A stretch of 63,812 nucleotides of DNA, the filler included, from Lama guanicoe (Eukaryota), in NCBI GenBank assembly GCA_013239625.1. It is 201 parts of 201 records of this genome, joined end to end, with 100 filler letters (N's around TTAATTAATTAA, not from the genome) between each part and the next. Parts side by side here need not be neighbours in the genome. Positions count along the whole stretch, not along the records: positions 12,402 to 12,619 come from PNXV01039325.1; positions 12,720 to 12,937 come from PNXV01039326.1; positions 13,038 to 13,255 come from PNXV01039327.1; positions 13,356 to 13,573 come from PNXV01039328.1; positions 13,674 to 13,891 come from PNXV01039329.1; positions 13,992 to 14,209 come from PNXV01039330.1; positions 14,310 to 14,527 come from PNXV01039331.1; positions 14,628 to 14,845 come from PNXV01039332.1; 193 more parts are not named here. The stretch is one strand, 5' to 3'. The translations under genes and the position numbers were made by a program. Shown piece after piece: positions 12,302 to 23,430 of this stretch. How positions within the stretch are numbered: position 1 is the first letter of the stretch; each line of letters begins with the position of its first letter. The notes below the pieces were generated by a model that was not told where the DNA came from, ran no database searches, and was given only the letters and a program-made list of their open reading frames with translations.

Positions 12302-12814
12302 NNNNNNNNNNNNNNNNNNNNNNNNNNNNNNNNNNNNNNNNNNNNTTAATTAATTAANNNNNNNNNNNNNNNNNNNNNNNNNNNNNNNNNNNNNNNNNNN
12401 NGTGGTGACGCAGCACGGCTGACTGGGACGTACAGCCTGGGAGCGCTGCCGGACGGTTCCCAGAGCTGCCTGCTCCTTTGTTTTCTGCTTCACCCCTCCC
12501 TTGCCCGATGGATCAGGTCTCTTTCTCTCTGTGCCACGCTGGTCCCTCCCTACCAAAGCTGCACTGACCTTGTGGTGCTGCTTCAGACAGAAACACAGAT
12601 TCTCCTTGGCATCTGTCTGNNNNNNNNNNNNNNNNNNNNNNNNNNNNNNNNNNNNNNNNNNNNTTAATTAATTAANNNNNNNNNNNNNNNNNNNNNNNNN
12701 NNNNNNNNNNNNNNNNNNNAATGCCGTGGGAGCTGTGTCTACAGGGAATGTTTGGTCAGTGATGTCTCTGGGGAGATCCCAGAGCTTCATTTAAGCTTTA
12801 GGAAATATGTAATC

Positions 12815-12937
12815 ATCATCACAGCTACTATTAACTGCAGATGTCCTACCTGCTCGCACAGTGCTGAGCACTTCACATATACTATTGTGTGTAATTCTCA
12901 CAACAATTTGTGATACAGTTACTTTTGCTACCTTTAG
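12815..12937 (-). mobile_element. MIR fragment
   Basis: acagctactattaa..cagtgctgagcacttcacatat.ctatt..gtaattctcacaacaa. Confidence 0.65.
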
Positions 12938-13991
12938 NNNNNNNNNNNNNNNNNNNNNNNNNNNNNNNNNNNNNNNNNNNNTTAATTAATTAANNNNNNN
13001 NNNNNNNNNNNNNNNNNNNNNNNNNNNNNNNNNNNNNAAGGCTGTTGTTGTTTCACCCCATATCTCGTCCTAAGAGGCTAGGCCATCGTTCGTGGAGGAT
13101 GGGATGGTGAGGCAGCCGGGGGCTGGACCAGGTGATTTCACTGCAGTTTGGGGTTTACCGGAGGGGTGCAGCTGAAATCAAAAGTAGAATAAAAACATCT
13201 TAAAAGCAGAAGGACCACTCATACCCATTTCACAGATGAGGAAACAAAAGCTGAGNNNNNNNNNNNNNNNNNNNNNNNNNNNNNNNNNNNNNNNNNNNNT
13301 TAATTAATTAANNNNNNNNNNNNNNNNNNNNNNNNNNNNNNNNNNNNNNNNNNNNTTGAACCAAAACATGTTAACTAAAATCCAGATAAATAAAATAACA
13401 GAAAGTTTTATCCAAATAAATCTTCCATTAGACGTATGTCGTTCAGTACATATTCATTTTTATGATATTTCTGCTTGTTTTCTGGCATGATTCTTTTTCT
13501 CATTTTTTTTTTCATTTTATGATGTGGACATGTATGAGTTCAGCTAATGATAATTTCTGAAATAGCAATCTCANNNNNNNNNNNNNNNNNNNNNNNNNNN
13601 NNNNNNNNNNNNNNNNNTTAATTAATTAANNNNNNNNNNNNNNNNNNNNNNNNNNNNNNNNNNNNNNNNNNNNAAGCATATGGACATGTTGCCTGAAAAA
13701 TGATAATATTTTTCTTTTTTTTGAGTCCGTATGTCTCATTTATTTTTGTTTAACTCGATCTCTAGTGATACGAGCTCGTGATAAAGGCCCTTCTTCCTAA
13801 TGCAGATGCTGGTACTATTTCACCGTTCGGTCGCTTTCTGTTTCTTGTTGTAGGTTTCTGGTGGATTCCAGGTTGGAAAGTCACTTCCTACNNNNNNNNN
13901 NNNNNNNNNNNNNNNNNNNNNNNNNNNNNNNNNNNTTAATTAATTAANNNNNNNNNNNNNNNNNNNNNNNNNNNNNNNNNNNNNNNNNNNN

Positions 13992-14209
13992 TGTATGCAG
14001 CCCCATGTTTGTTGCAGCATTGTTTGCAATAGCCGAGACATGGAAACAACCTCAGTGAATATCAGTGGTTGAATGGATAAAGAAATTGTAGTGTGTATAT
14101 ATTACTCAGTGTATATATATATATATATTATATTACTCAGCCATAAACAAGAATGAAATTTTACCACTTGCAACAACATGGATGGATCTCGAGGGCATTA
14201 TGCTAAGTG
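13992..14209 (+). mobile_element. L1 ORF2 3' end with (TA)n insertion
   Basis: cccatgtttgttgcagcattgtttgcaatagcc.agacatggaaacaacct..gaatggataaagaaa..aagaatgaaattttaccacttgcaacaacatggatggatct. Confidence 0.93.
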
Positions 14210-14627
14210 NNNNNNNNNNNNNNNNNNNNNNNNNNNNNNNNNNNNNNNNNNNNTTAATTAATTAANNNNNNNNNNNNNNNNNNNNNNNNNNNNNNNNNNN
14301 NNNNNNNNNCGCCGCTATCAGTTGGAGGAATATCCTCAAATCCAGGATTCCGGAACCAAGCCTTGTGTTGGGGGGAGTTATGGAGCTCCATTCCACGCAG
14401 ATGAATGGGGACACAGTTGTTCCCCGTTAGGGAGAACTCCTCTAAGTAATTCCTCAGTCCATCAGGGGGCATTCGATGTTTCTTGGACTCCAAGACCAAA
14501 ACCCATATTCCCTCGCAGCCCGGCTTANNNNNNNNNNNNNNNNNNNNNNNNNNNNNNNNNNNNNNNNNNNNTTAATTAATTAANNNNNNNNNNNNNNNNN
14601 NNNNNNNNNNNNNNNNNNNNNNNNNNN

Positions 14628-14845
14628 CACTCTCCCCCTCGGTCCCCGGCCCCACGCGGCCGCCGGCCGGGGCCCCCTGCAAGCCGGCCAGGCCTCGGCC
14701 CTCGGCCCCCGCCCGGGCCCGGCGCCCGCATCCTGCCTCCCAGGGGAAGGGACCAGGGGAGCGGGCCCGCGCGCGGGGAGGAGGCCCGGGGCCCGGGCTG
14801 CGGAAAAGGGCCGGCGGCTGCCCCGCCGAGCCCCGCGCCCCTCGG
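14628..14845. promoter_or_regulatory. CpG-island fragment
   Basis: Extremely GC- and CpG-rich throughout (e.g. gcggccgc, cgcgcgcgg, ccccgccc), unlike the CpG-depleted bulk of inserts. Confidence 0.75.
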
Positions 14846-15009
14846 NNNNNNNNNNNNNNNNNNNNNNNNNNNNNNNNNNNNNNNNNNNNTTAATTAATTA
14901 ANNNNNNNNNNNNNNNNNNNNNNNNNNNNNNNNNNNNNNNNNNNNAGCTGTTTCCTCAAATGCTTAGTGATTTTAAAAAGCGGCTCCCAATATTATTAAA
15001 GGATTGGAC

Positions 15010-15163
15010 TTTTTTTTAATTTTGGGGGGGAGGTAATAAGGTTTATTTGATTATTTATTTACTTATTTATTTGTCCATCTCTTTTATTTATTTTTTGGGG
15101 GGAGGTAATTAGGCTTATTATTTTTTTTTAATGGAGGCACTGGGGATTGAACCTAGGACCTCT
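15010..15163 (-). mobile_element. Camelid Vic-1-type tRNA-derived SINE, 3' half with duplicated tail
   Basis: Reverse complement gives gtcctagGTTCAATCCccagtgcctcca (B-box) then aaataataagcctaattacctccccccaaaa. The tail motif ggggggaggtaa occurs twice. Confidence 0.82.
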
Positions 15164-15581
15164 NNNNNNNNNNNNNNNNNNNNNNNNNNNNNNNNNNNNN
15201 NNNNNNNTTAATTAATTAANNNNNNNNNNNNNNNNNNNNNNNNNNNNNNNNNNNNNNNNNNNNCTGTGGAGAGACACCCACCCACGTAGAAACAGCCCCA
15301 TGTCTCCTTCGGAGAGTGATTTGAGGCAGAGCAGAGAGGACTGCATTCAGGGAGCAAAATTTCCTGAGGACTGGAACCCTTGGGGAAGGGAACATAGCAG
15401 GCTTGGAGGTGGGAAGTTGCTGCCCTGCTTGCTCTAGCTTTAGTCCCCTCACTGTCTCAATTTGCCCTGGATGAGACACACNNNNNNNNNNNNNNNNNNN
15501 NNNNNNNNNNNNNNNNNNNNNNNNNTTAATTAATTAANNNNNNNNNNNNNNNNNNNNNNNNNNNNNNNNNNNNNNNNNNNN

Positions 15582-15799
15582 TTTTGAGTTTATTTTTGTG
15601 TATGATGTGAGGGACTGTTCTAACTTCATTTATTTACATGCTGCTGTCTAGTTTTCCCGAAACTACTTGCTGAAGAGAAAATATTTTCTCCATATTCTTG
15701 CCTCCTTTGTCTAAGATTAATTGACCGTAAGTGTGTGGGTTTATTTCTGGGCTCTGTATTTCTGTTCCATTGATCCATATGTCTATTTTGTGCCAACAC
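15582..15799 (-). mobile_element. L1 ORF2 fragment
   Basis: ttttgagtttatttttgtgtatg.tgtgaggg..tgttctaacttcatt..tttacatg..agattaattgacc.ta.gtgtgtgggtttatttctgggctct. Confidence 0.93.
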
Positions 15800-16853
15800 N
15801 NNNNNNNNNNNNNNNNNNNNNNNNNNNNNNNNNNNNNNNNNNNTTAATTAATTAANNNNNNNNNNNNNNNNNNNNNNNNNNNNNNNNNNNNNNNNNNNNA
15901 ACTAGCAGGGATTTAAGGGCCAGGAAAATCCTGTGTCTCACCAGCCCGCGTCTCCACCCACCATTGCCCTCTCCCCTAGCAAAATAGCCTATGAAATGTA
16001 GTGAGATATGAACGAAGAGTGCCTTCAGCGGATGAGAGATAGTTACAAACAAGAGCCTGCAGTGAGTCAGGAAGGCAGGCCATCTCCAAGGGGATGTGGA
16101 AGGGGCCCTGGGCCACANNNNNNNNNNNNNNNNNNNNNNNNNNNNNNNNNNNNNNNNNNNNTTAATTAATTAANNNNNNNNNNNNNNNNNNNNNNNNNNN
16201 NNNNNNNNNNNNNNNNNATTAAGATAAAATCAATCAAACATATTTGTGTAAAATACTTCCCTTCACTGACTTTCCACATGAACTTCCTTCTCAGTCTCCC
16301 AATTCCCAGGACTTCAACAGTTCCCTTTTTCCTCTTCGTGTTTCACCCATCTTTTACCTGCTCTCCAAGGCTGCTTTCATGCTGTGATGCCAGAGTGGAG
16401 TAGCTGCCCACAGCCTAAAATATTTCTTATCTAGCNNNNNNNNNNNNNNNNNNNNNNNNNNNNNNNNNNNNNNNNNNNNTTAATTAATTAANNNNNNNNN
16501 NNNNNNNNNNNNNNNNNNNNNNNNNNNNNNNNNNNCACAGAAGGAGGATCTCATGGATAATTGCTGGGGAGGTTTTTGGTTAGAGTAAAGGGTTAATAAA
16601 AGAATTAGCCCTTCTTGCTGTTATATAGTATATGTTATAGAAACATTCTGCTATAGCCCACAAATATCTCCCTTTTCTATCCAGTACTGGGTTTGTTCGT
16701 CACACCTGCCTCAGGAGGTGGGAAGCTGACATTCTCATCATAATCATAATCATNNNNNNNNNNNNNNNNNNNNNNNNNNNNNNNNNNNNNNNNNNNNTTA
16801 ATTAATTAANNNNNNNNNNNNNNNNNNNNNNNNNNNNNNNNNNNNNNNNNNNN

Positions 16854-17071
16854 AAGCCTCTAGTCCAGCCTCATCCACCAGGGGCAGATACCAGAAATAA
16901 GAGAATAATAATCCCAAAGCCTGTGGAAGGAATCCACAAACACATGGAAAGAGATGATATGAGGTGGCAGAGGACTCTCTCCCAGGCCAAGGCACAAGAT
17001 ACAATCTCAGAAAAAGAAATAGGTGATGAGGAGATAGGCAATTTATTTGAGAAAGAGTTTAAAGTAATGAT
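16854..17071 (+). mobile_element. L1 5'UTR end and ORF1 start (artiodactyl-type)
   Basis: ATG at 16959: MRWQRTLSQAKAQDTISEKEIGDEEIGNLFEKEFKVM, resembling the L1 ORF1p N-terminus (..EIGNLPEKEFR.MI). Confidence 0.85.
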
Positions 17072-17489
17072 NNNNNNNNNNNNNNNNNNNNNNNNNNNNN
17101 NNNNNNNNNNNNNNNTTAATTAATTAANNNNNNNNNNNNNNNNNNNNNNNNNNNNNNNNNNNNNNNNNNNNGGTAAGTTTTAAAATGACCTCTGATCCTC
17201 CCTCTGATAAAGAATTATTATATAAATGTATTAAATATTATTAAATTATTAAATATTAAAAAATTATTAAATGACTTTATTCCAGGAACCTTTTCATGTG
17301 CATGTGGGTGGATGGAAATACATTTTATTGATTCTGAGTCGTATTTTTCACATCTTTGATATTCATGTGTATCTTTTAATCCATGGCATNNNNNNNNNNN
17401 NNNNNNNNNNNNNNNNNNNNNNNNNNNNNNNNNTTAATTAATTAANNNNNNNNNNNNNNNNNNNNNNNNNNNNNNNNNNNNNNNNNNNN

Positions 17490-17683
17490 CTTAATGTCCC
17501 AACTACCTGGTCTTTGTTGTGAAGCTCCTATATGTCCTGGTTCCTCCCCTACCTCTTTAGAGCAGCCCCTCAGAGCCATCTGGGGGGCTGTCATCCCGGG
17601 CTCGAAGGGGTTCGAGTCCTCAGAGATGTCCGCCAAGTAAAACATCACTCAACTTTTAGGCTGTGTGTTTATTTCAGTTGACA
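17490..17683 (+). mobile_element. ERV1-class LTR 3' part (MER41-like)
   Basis: actacctggtctttgttg..ctcctatat.tcctgg.tcctccc.tacctct..gagcag.ccctcagagc..aacttttaggctgtg..tttcagttgaCA; ends in the terminal CA. Confidence 0.75.
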
Positions 17684-18125
17684 GTACTAACATCTGCATT
17701 TTTTTTTNNNNNNNNNNNNNNNNNNNNNNNNNNNNNNNNNNNNNNNNNNNNTTAATTAATTAANNNNNNNNNNNNNNNNNNNNNNNNNNNNNNNNNNNNN
17801 NNNNNNNACACCAATATTTAAATAGATAATAAAGATGCAGCATATACATACATATGTAATGGAATAAAACTCACCCATAAGAAAGAAGGATATTTGCTAT
17901 TTGTGGTCCTTCATTCTCTTTTTTTAATTTCAATAACCAGAATTTTACAACCAGCAGAAACATTTACATTACATTGAAAACAACAAAATACCTAGAAATA
18001 AACTTAACCAAGGGGGTTACCTATANNNNNNNNNNNNNNNNNNNNNNNNNNNNNNNNNNNNNNNNNNNNTTAATTAATTAANNNNNNNNNNNNNNNNNNN
18101 NNNNNNNNNNNNNNNNNNNNNNNNN

Positions 18126-18979
18126 TTTTTCTTTACGAACCAGAGTCCAGTTGCAGACAATATCCAGAATTTAAGAGAGCATTGACTACATTTAGAACCT
18201 GTTCTCCATCATGGCCCAGGCACTCATGGAGACATTCTCTTTGGTGTTGTAGACCCTTCCAAGTGTTCCAACAAGGAGGATACTGATACTGTCAAAAGAA
18301 AGAAGGAACTAAGTGTTGGTTGCTTGTTAAAGTCACACATAATNNNNNNNNNNNNNNNNNNNNNNNNNNNNNNNNNNNNNNNNNNNNTTAATTAATTAAN
18401 NNNNNNNNNNNNNNNNNNNNNNNNNNNNNNNNNNNNNNNNNNNGCCATCAGGGGAGTGGCAAGGAGCCCTCTTAAATGCCAGTGTACCCTTACTTGGACA
18501 TATGCCACCTTCTCCAAACTTTATTTTGCACTTTGGTGATCTAATAAGTGTAATAGGATGCTGAGGGGGACATCTCTGCTTCTGTGGACCAGGGCACAAA
18601 GCTGGGACATAGACAAGTCAAATATTCTGCACTCCAAAATGAGATTCAAATATGTAGGGAANNNNNNNNNNNNNNNNNNNNNNNNNNNNNNNNNNNNNNN
18701 NNNNNTTAATTAATTAANNNNNNNNNNNNNNNNNNNNNNNNNNNNNNNNNNNNNNNNNNNNTTTTTCTTTACGAACCAGAGTCCAGTTGCAGACAATATC
18801 CAGAATTTAACAGAGCATTGACTACATTTAGAACCTGTTCTCCATCGTGGCCCAGGCACTCATGGAGACATTCTCTTTGGTGTTAGAGACCCTTCCAAGT
18901 GTTCCAACAAGGAGGATACTGATACTGTCCAAAGAAAGAAGGAACTAAGTGTTGGTTGCTTGTTAAAGTCACACATAAT
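18126..18979 (+). repeat. Bubble pair 4: 18126-18343 vs 18762-18979
   Basis: Co-terminal, 5 substitutions including a GT/AG doublet. First at 18175, last at 18294; 49-bp identical flanks. Confidence 0.97.
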
Positions 18980-20364
18980 NNNNNNNNNNNNNNNNNNNNN
19001 NNNNNNNNNNNNNNNNNNNNNNNTTAATTAATTAANNNNNNNNNNNNNNNNNNNNNNNNNNNNNNNNNNNNNNNNNNNNGCAATTATAACAAGGAGTGAA
19101 GAATTTAAATAGCAAATTATAGTCAATACTGTCAACATCTTTAATTATTATTAAATATTAATATTCTATTAAGTTTTAATTTTGGGTTACAATACATGTG
19201 ATAGGTTCTTTTTTTTATAATGATGTAAATGCTTTATAGGGTAGATGGTAAAATTTACTATAGCAAAGATATTAAGATGGTATATTTAAAGATTATTNNN
19301 NNNNNNNNNNNNNNNNNNNNNNNNNNNNNNNNNNNNNNNNNTTAATTAATTAANNNNNNNNNNNNNNNNNNNNNNNNNNNNNNNNNNNNNNNNNNNNCGG
19401 CTTTCCCCGTATTTCCTAAAGGTCTAATGCCATCCAGGACGTTTTCGCTGGTTATTTTGGATGCAGGTTAAGAGCAAGAGTGATAATGTAAAACCAGAGG
19501 CAGGAAGGGGAGCTCCCCTGAAGGGAGGGAGGGGGAAGACAGGCAGGTCGGCGATGTCCCCGAGGCCCTGCAGTGTCTTCTTCCCCCACTGATCCCAGGC
19601 AGTGGTGACTGGGCANNNNNNNNNNNNNNNNNNNNNNNNNNNNNNNNNNNNNNNNNNNNTTAATTAATTAANNNNNNNNNNNNNNNNNNNNNNNNNNNNN
19701 NNNNNNNNNNNNNNNGGGCTCGCTCAGGTTGCTTGTACGTGCACCCTACGGTCATTCGTTAGATATTATAAATGCCTTTGGTGAGGAGCTCGCCCTCCGG
19801 TCCTACCACGGAGAGGCCCCTGCAGATCCTCACACGGTGGGAACACACATCACATCCCCTGTGGTCCTAGCTTCTCTGCCTTGTGCCTCATCAGGACCCA
19901 CATGATGGGCGAGTGAACACATTTCAGAGGGCGNNNNNNNNNNNNNNNNNNNNNNNNNNNNNNNNNNNNNNNNNNNNTTAATTAATTAANNNNNNNNNNN
20001 NNNNNNNNNNNNNNNNNNNNNNNNNNNNNNNNNATCTCTGCATGCAGGCTATTTTAGTTCAGCTGAAACAGGTGGCTGGAGCAGGAAAAATTGGGGCCTA
20101 GGTCTCCTGCTCCTTGAAACCAGTCTCCTCCCTGGAAGCAGCTGTCCTGCTAAGAGTAAACCAGGAATTCTCTCCACTAAGAATACAATTCATCAGTGAC
20201 TACCTTTTGATAAATGCATGCAAAATCTAGAGTACACAATTAAAATTAGACNNNNNNNNNNNNNNNNNNNNNNNNNNNNNNNNNNNNNNNNNNNNTTAAT
20301 TAATTAANNNNNNNNNNNNNNNNNNNNNNNNNNNNNNNNNNNNNNNNNNNNTTATTTCTCATCC

Positions 20365-20505
20365 TTGCTCAACTCAGAGAGAGGTAGGAATATTCCCCTC
20401 CTATACATGAGAAAACTGAGCCTCAGAGAAGCTGAATGATTCATTTCCAGCTAATAAGTGGTTGAGCCTGGAAATAAACACAACCTATTTCTAAAGCTAA
20501 TGCTT
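20365..20505 (-). mobile_element. MIR fragment
   Basis: gaggtagg.atattcccc..tata.atgagaaaactgag.ctcagagaag.t.aa..cagcta.taagtgg.tgagcctgga. Confidence 0.75.
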
Positions 20506-21305
20506 CGTTCAAAACATAGCGTTATCATAAATATTTTTCCTATCTTGATGCACACCAAATTCAGGGTCGNNNNNNNNNNNNNNNNNNNNNNNNNNNNNNN
20601 NNNNNNNNNNNNNTTAATTAATTAANNNNNNNNNNNNNNNNNNNNNNNNNNNNNNNNNNNNNNNNNNNNTCATTAAAAAAACAACAAAACAGAAAAACTC
20701 CTTTGCTTATGTTTGCATATGCACGTGCGTGTGTGTGTGAGATGTGTGTGTACATTTATAAATCTCATGATCACAATTGACGGGATGTTCCTTTGCCGAG
20801 ATAACCTGATAATTTCTAGTCAACTACCCGTAATAGCGCTCATCTTGTGATAAATAATAACTATTTTCTGAACACCCTTTATCATCCNNNNNNNNNNNNN
20901 NNNNNNNNNNNNNNNNNNNNNNNNNNNNNNNTTAATTAATTAANNNNNNNNNNNNNNNNNNNNNNNNNNNNNNNNNNNNNNNNNNNNTTTTAAAGTGTAC
21001 TTGAGATACCCTCAGGGCAACAGGATCCTCTCTCCACGGGAGTCCGCCCATCCTCAGCCTGCGGTGGTGGCTCTGCGGGGGCTGGAGCTGCTCCCATGAC
21101 CTTCCTCTGTCTCTGCCTCCCCTCACTCTCCACTCCCAGGGCAGGGCTAATGAGGTTGCCACAGCCTGAGAGGCTTAATCACTCACTTCTTTTTATATTG
21201 TGCATNNNNNNNNNNNNNNNNNNNNNNNNNNNNNNNNNNNNNNNNNNNNTTAATTAATTAANNNNNNNNNNNNNNNNNNNNNNNNNNNNNNNNNNNNNNN
21301 NNNNN

Positions 21306-21522
21306 AATATAGAATACAGTATATAGAATGTAGAATATAGAATGCAGAACACAGGATATAGAATATAGAATGCAGAATACAGAACCCAGAATTTAGAACG
21401 TGCAATTCAGAACAGAGAATTTAGAATATAGATTATAGAATACAGAATATACAATGTAGAATATAGAATGTAAAAAACAGAATATAGAATACAGAATACA
21501 GAACCCAGAATTTAGAACATTG
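21306..21522 (+). repeat. Heptamer satellite (AGAAYAY)n
   Basis: About 31 in-register 7-bp units (agaatat/agaatac/agaatgt/agaaccc/agaattt). Confidence 0.92.
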
Positions 21523-23212
21523 NNNNNNNNNNNNNNNNNNNNNNNNNNNNNNNNNNNNNNNNNNNNTTAATTAATTAANNNNNNNNNNNNNNNNNNNNNN
21601 NNNNNNNNNNNNNNNNNNNNNNAGGGAGAGGCACATCTGCTCAAGGCTGATTCGCACCCAGAGGCGGCTGAGAGCTTGCGGATCTCTGGCCTCTGGTAGG
21701 GGCTCCCCTCGTGCCATTTAAGGGCAAGCACCTGGCTTTGGAAGGTCAGAGGCCTCTTGGCCCTGTCTTCTCCAGGAAACCTTTCCAAGCCTGTCATGTT
21801 GCCACTCAGGGTGACCTGGGAAGTGAAAACTTGCTCTGAANNNNNNNNNNNNNNNNNNNNNNNNNNNNNNNNNNNNNNNNNNNNTTAATTAATTAANNNN
21901 NNNNNNNNNNNNNNNNNNNNNNNNNNNNNNNNNNNNNNNNGCTCTGGGAATATTTCTGTCCTGGAAAAAGCACATGGAAAGGAGGCATGTGGGTAAATTG
22001 TTCCTCTCTCACAGCATGAGTACTTCCACAAGACTTAAAGCTGTCTCCACTTCCAACAGATATATATCCACAGGAGTTAGGGGCAAGGGAAGACACCAGA
22101 GACCAAAAAAAGGAAGACCCCAATCCAGCAGGAGACCCAGAGCGAGAGGAGGAAACACNNNNNNNNNNNNNNNNNNNNNNNNNNNNNNNNNNNNNNNNNN
22201 NNTTAATTAATTAANNNNNNNNNNNNNNNNNNNNNNNNNNNNNNNNNNNNNNNNNNNNGAAAACCACTGCTAAATGGACTGTACAGTCTTCTCTTTTAGG
22301 TAACTCAGGTTCATGGAAAGTAGAAAGTCCAACCAAAGACAGGAAATAAAAAGAATTTAACATGCCTGAAATAAGCAAACCTTGCAAATAGCCTCTGCTA
22401 ATTATTAAAGAATTGAGATTTTTTTACTAACAGGGCAGCTTTACAGGCAAACTGAAAATTACTTAGTTTTTATCATNNNNNNNNNNNNNNNNNNNNNNNN
22501 NNNNNNNNNNNNNNNNNNNNTTAATTAATTAANNNNNNNNNNNNNNNNNNNNNNNNNNNNNNNNNNNNNNNNNNNNCGAGTAGAAACAGCCTCCATTCGG
22601 ACAGCCCGGCACCCAGAACGCGTTGCACATGCTACACCCCGAGGACCGACGGAAAGGCACACAGCCCTGAGCATTCGCCCTTTGTCTCTCCTCTGCTACG
22701 TGGGCCGGTTTCCCCGCCCTCCACGGGACCCCACCGAGATTCCCAGATCTCTGCTCTGTGGACAGTTCCTGGTGCCTCCAGGGCTCAGATAACTNNNNNN
22801 NNNNNNNNNNNNNNNNNNNNNNNNNNNNNNNNNNNNNNTTAATTAATTAANNNNNNNNNNNNNNNNNNNNNNNNNNNNNNNNNNNNNNNNNNNNGTTCAC
22901 CAGCACCCAGGGGTACCACCTGTCCTAAAATCAAGTTGCCTCGCTAGCACGACTAGCTCTGGTACCCAGAGGGGCACGGCAGGAGCTCGCTTGGGAAGTG
23001 AAAAATACCTAGAAATGAAAAGTATTTTTATTTTACTTTTTCTTCTCCCCCATGCCACCATCGCTAGTTTTACTTGAACCTGCATCAGAGCAAACAGAAT
23101 TCACAGTAACTTNNNNNNNNNNNNNNNNNNNNNNNNNNNNNNNNNNNNNNNNNNNNTTAATTAATTAANNNNNNNNNNNNNNNNNNNNNNNNNNNNNNNN
23201 NNNNNNNNNNNN

Positions 23213-23430
23213 GCACTGGTGAGAATTTTAAACTTCACAACTCTCCATCCCAACATAGAAGCGGTTCCTCAGTCACATCCTTTACTTCCCATAAAGACTC
23301 AGTCCACCCCTGCTATTCAGTCAGGCCAGCCCTGCTCTCCAGGTATCTGCCGTGTGAAGAATAAACTTGCTGTCAAATAATCTTAGTGTGTGGGATGTCA
23401 TCAGCCTTGACATCTGCACTAAAACTGGCA
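23213..23430 (+). mobile_element. Probable ERV LTR (U3-R-U5) fragment
   Basis: cataaaga TATA-like motif, AATAAA then cttgctgt..gtgtgtgggatgtcatcagccttgacatc, an LTR-like layout. Confidence 0.45.

Noticed and set aside
14310..14527. Open frames on both strands, possible coding or ERV fragment
   Set aside because: I recognise no protein motif or splice signals in any frame.
15130..15163. tRNA gene (B-box GTTCAATCC on the minus strand)
   Set aside because: It is followed by a SINE tail, and no cloverleaf is visible in the available sequence.
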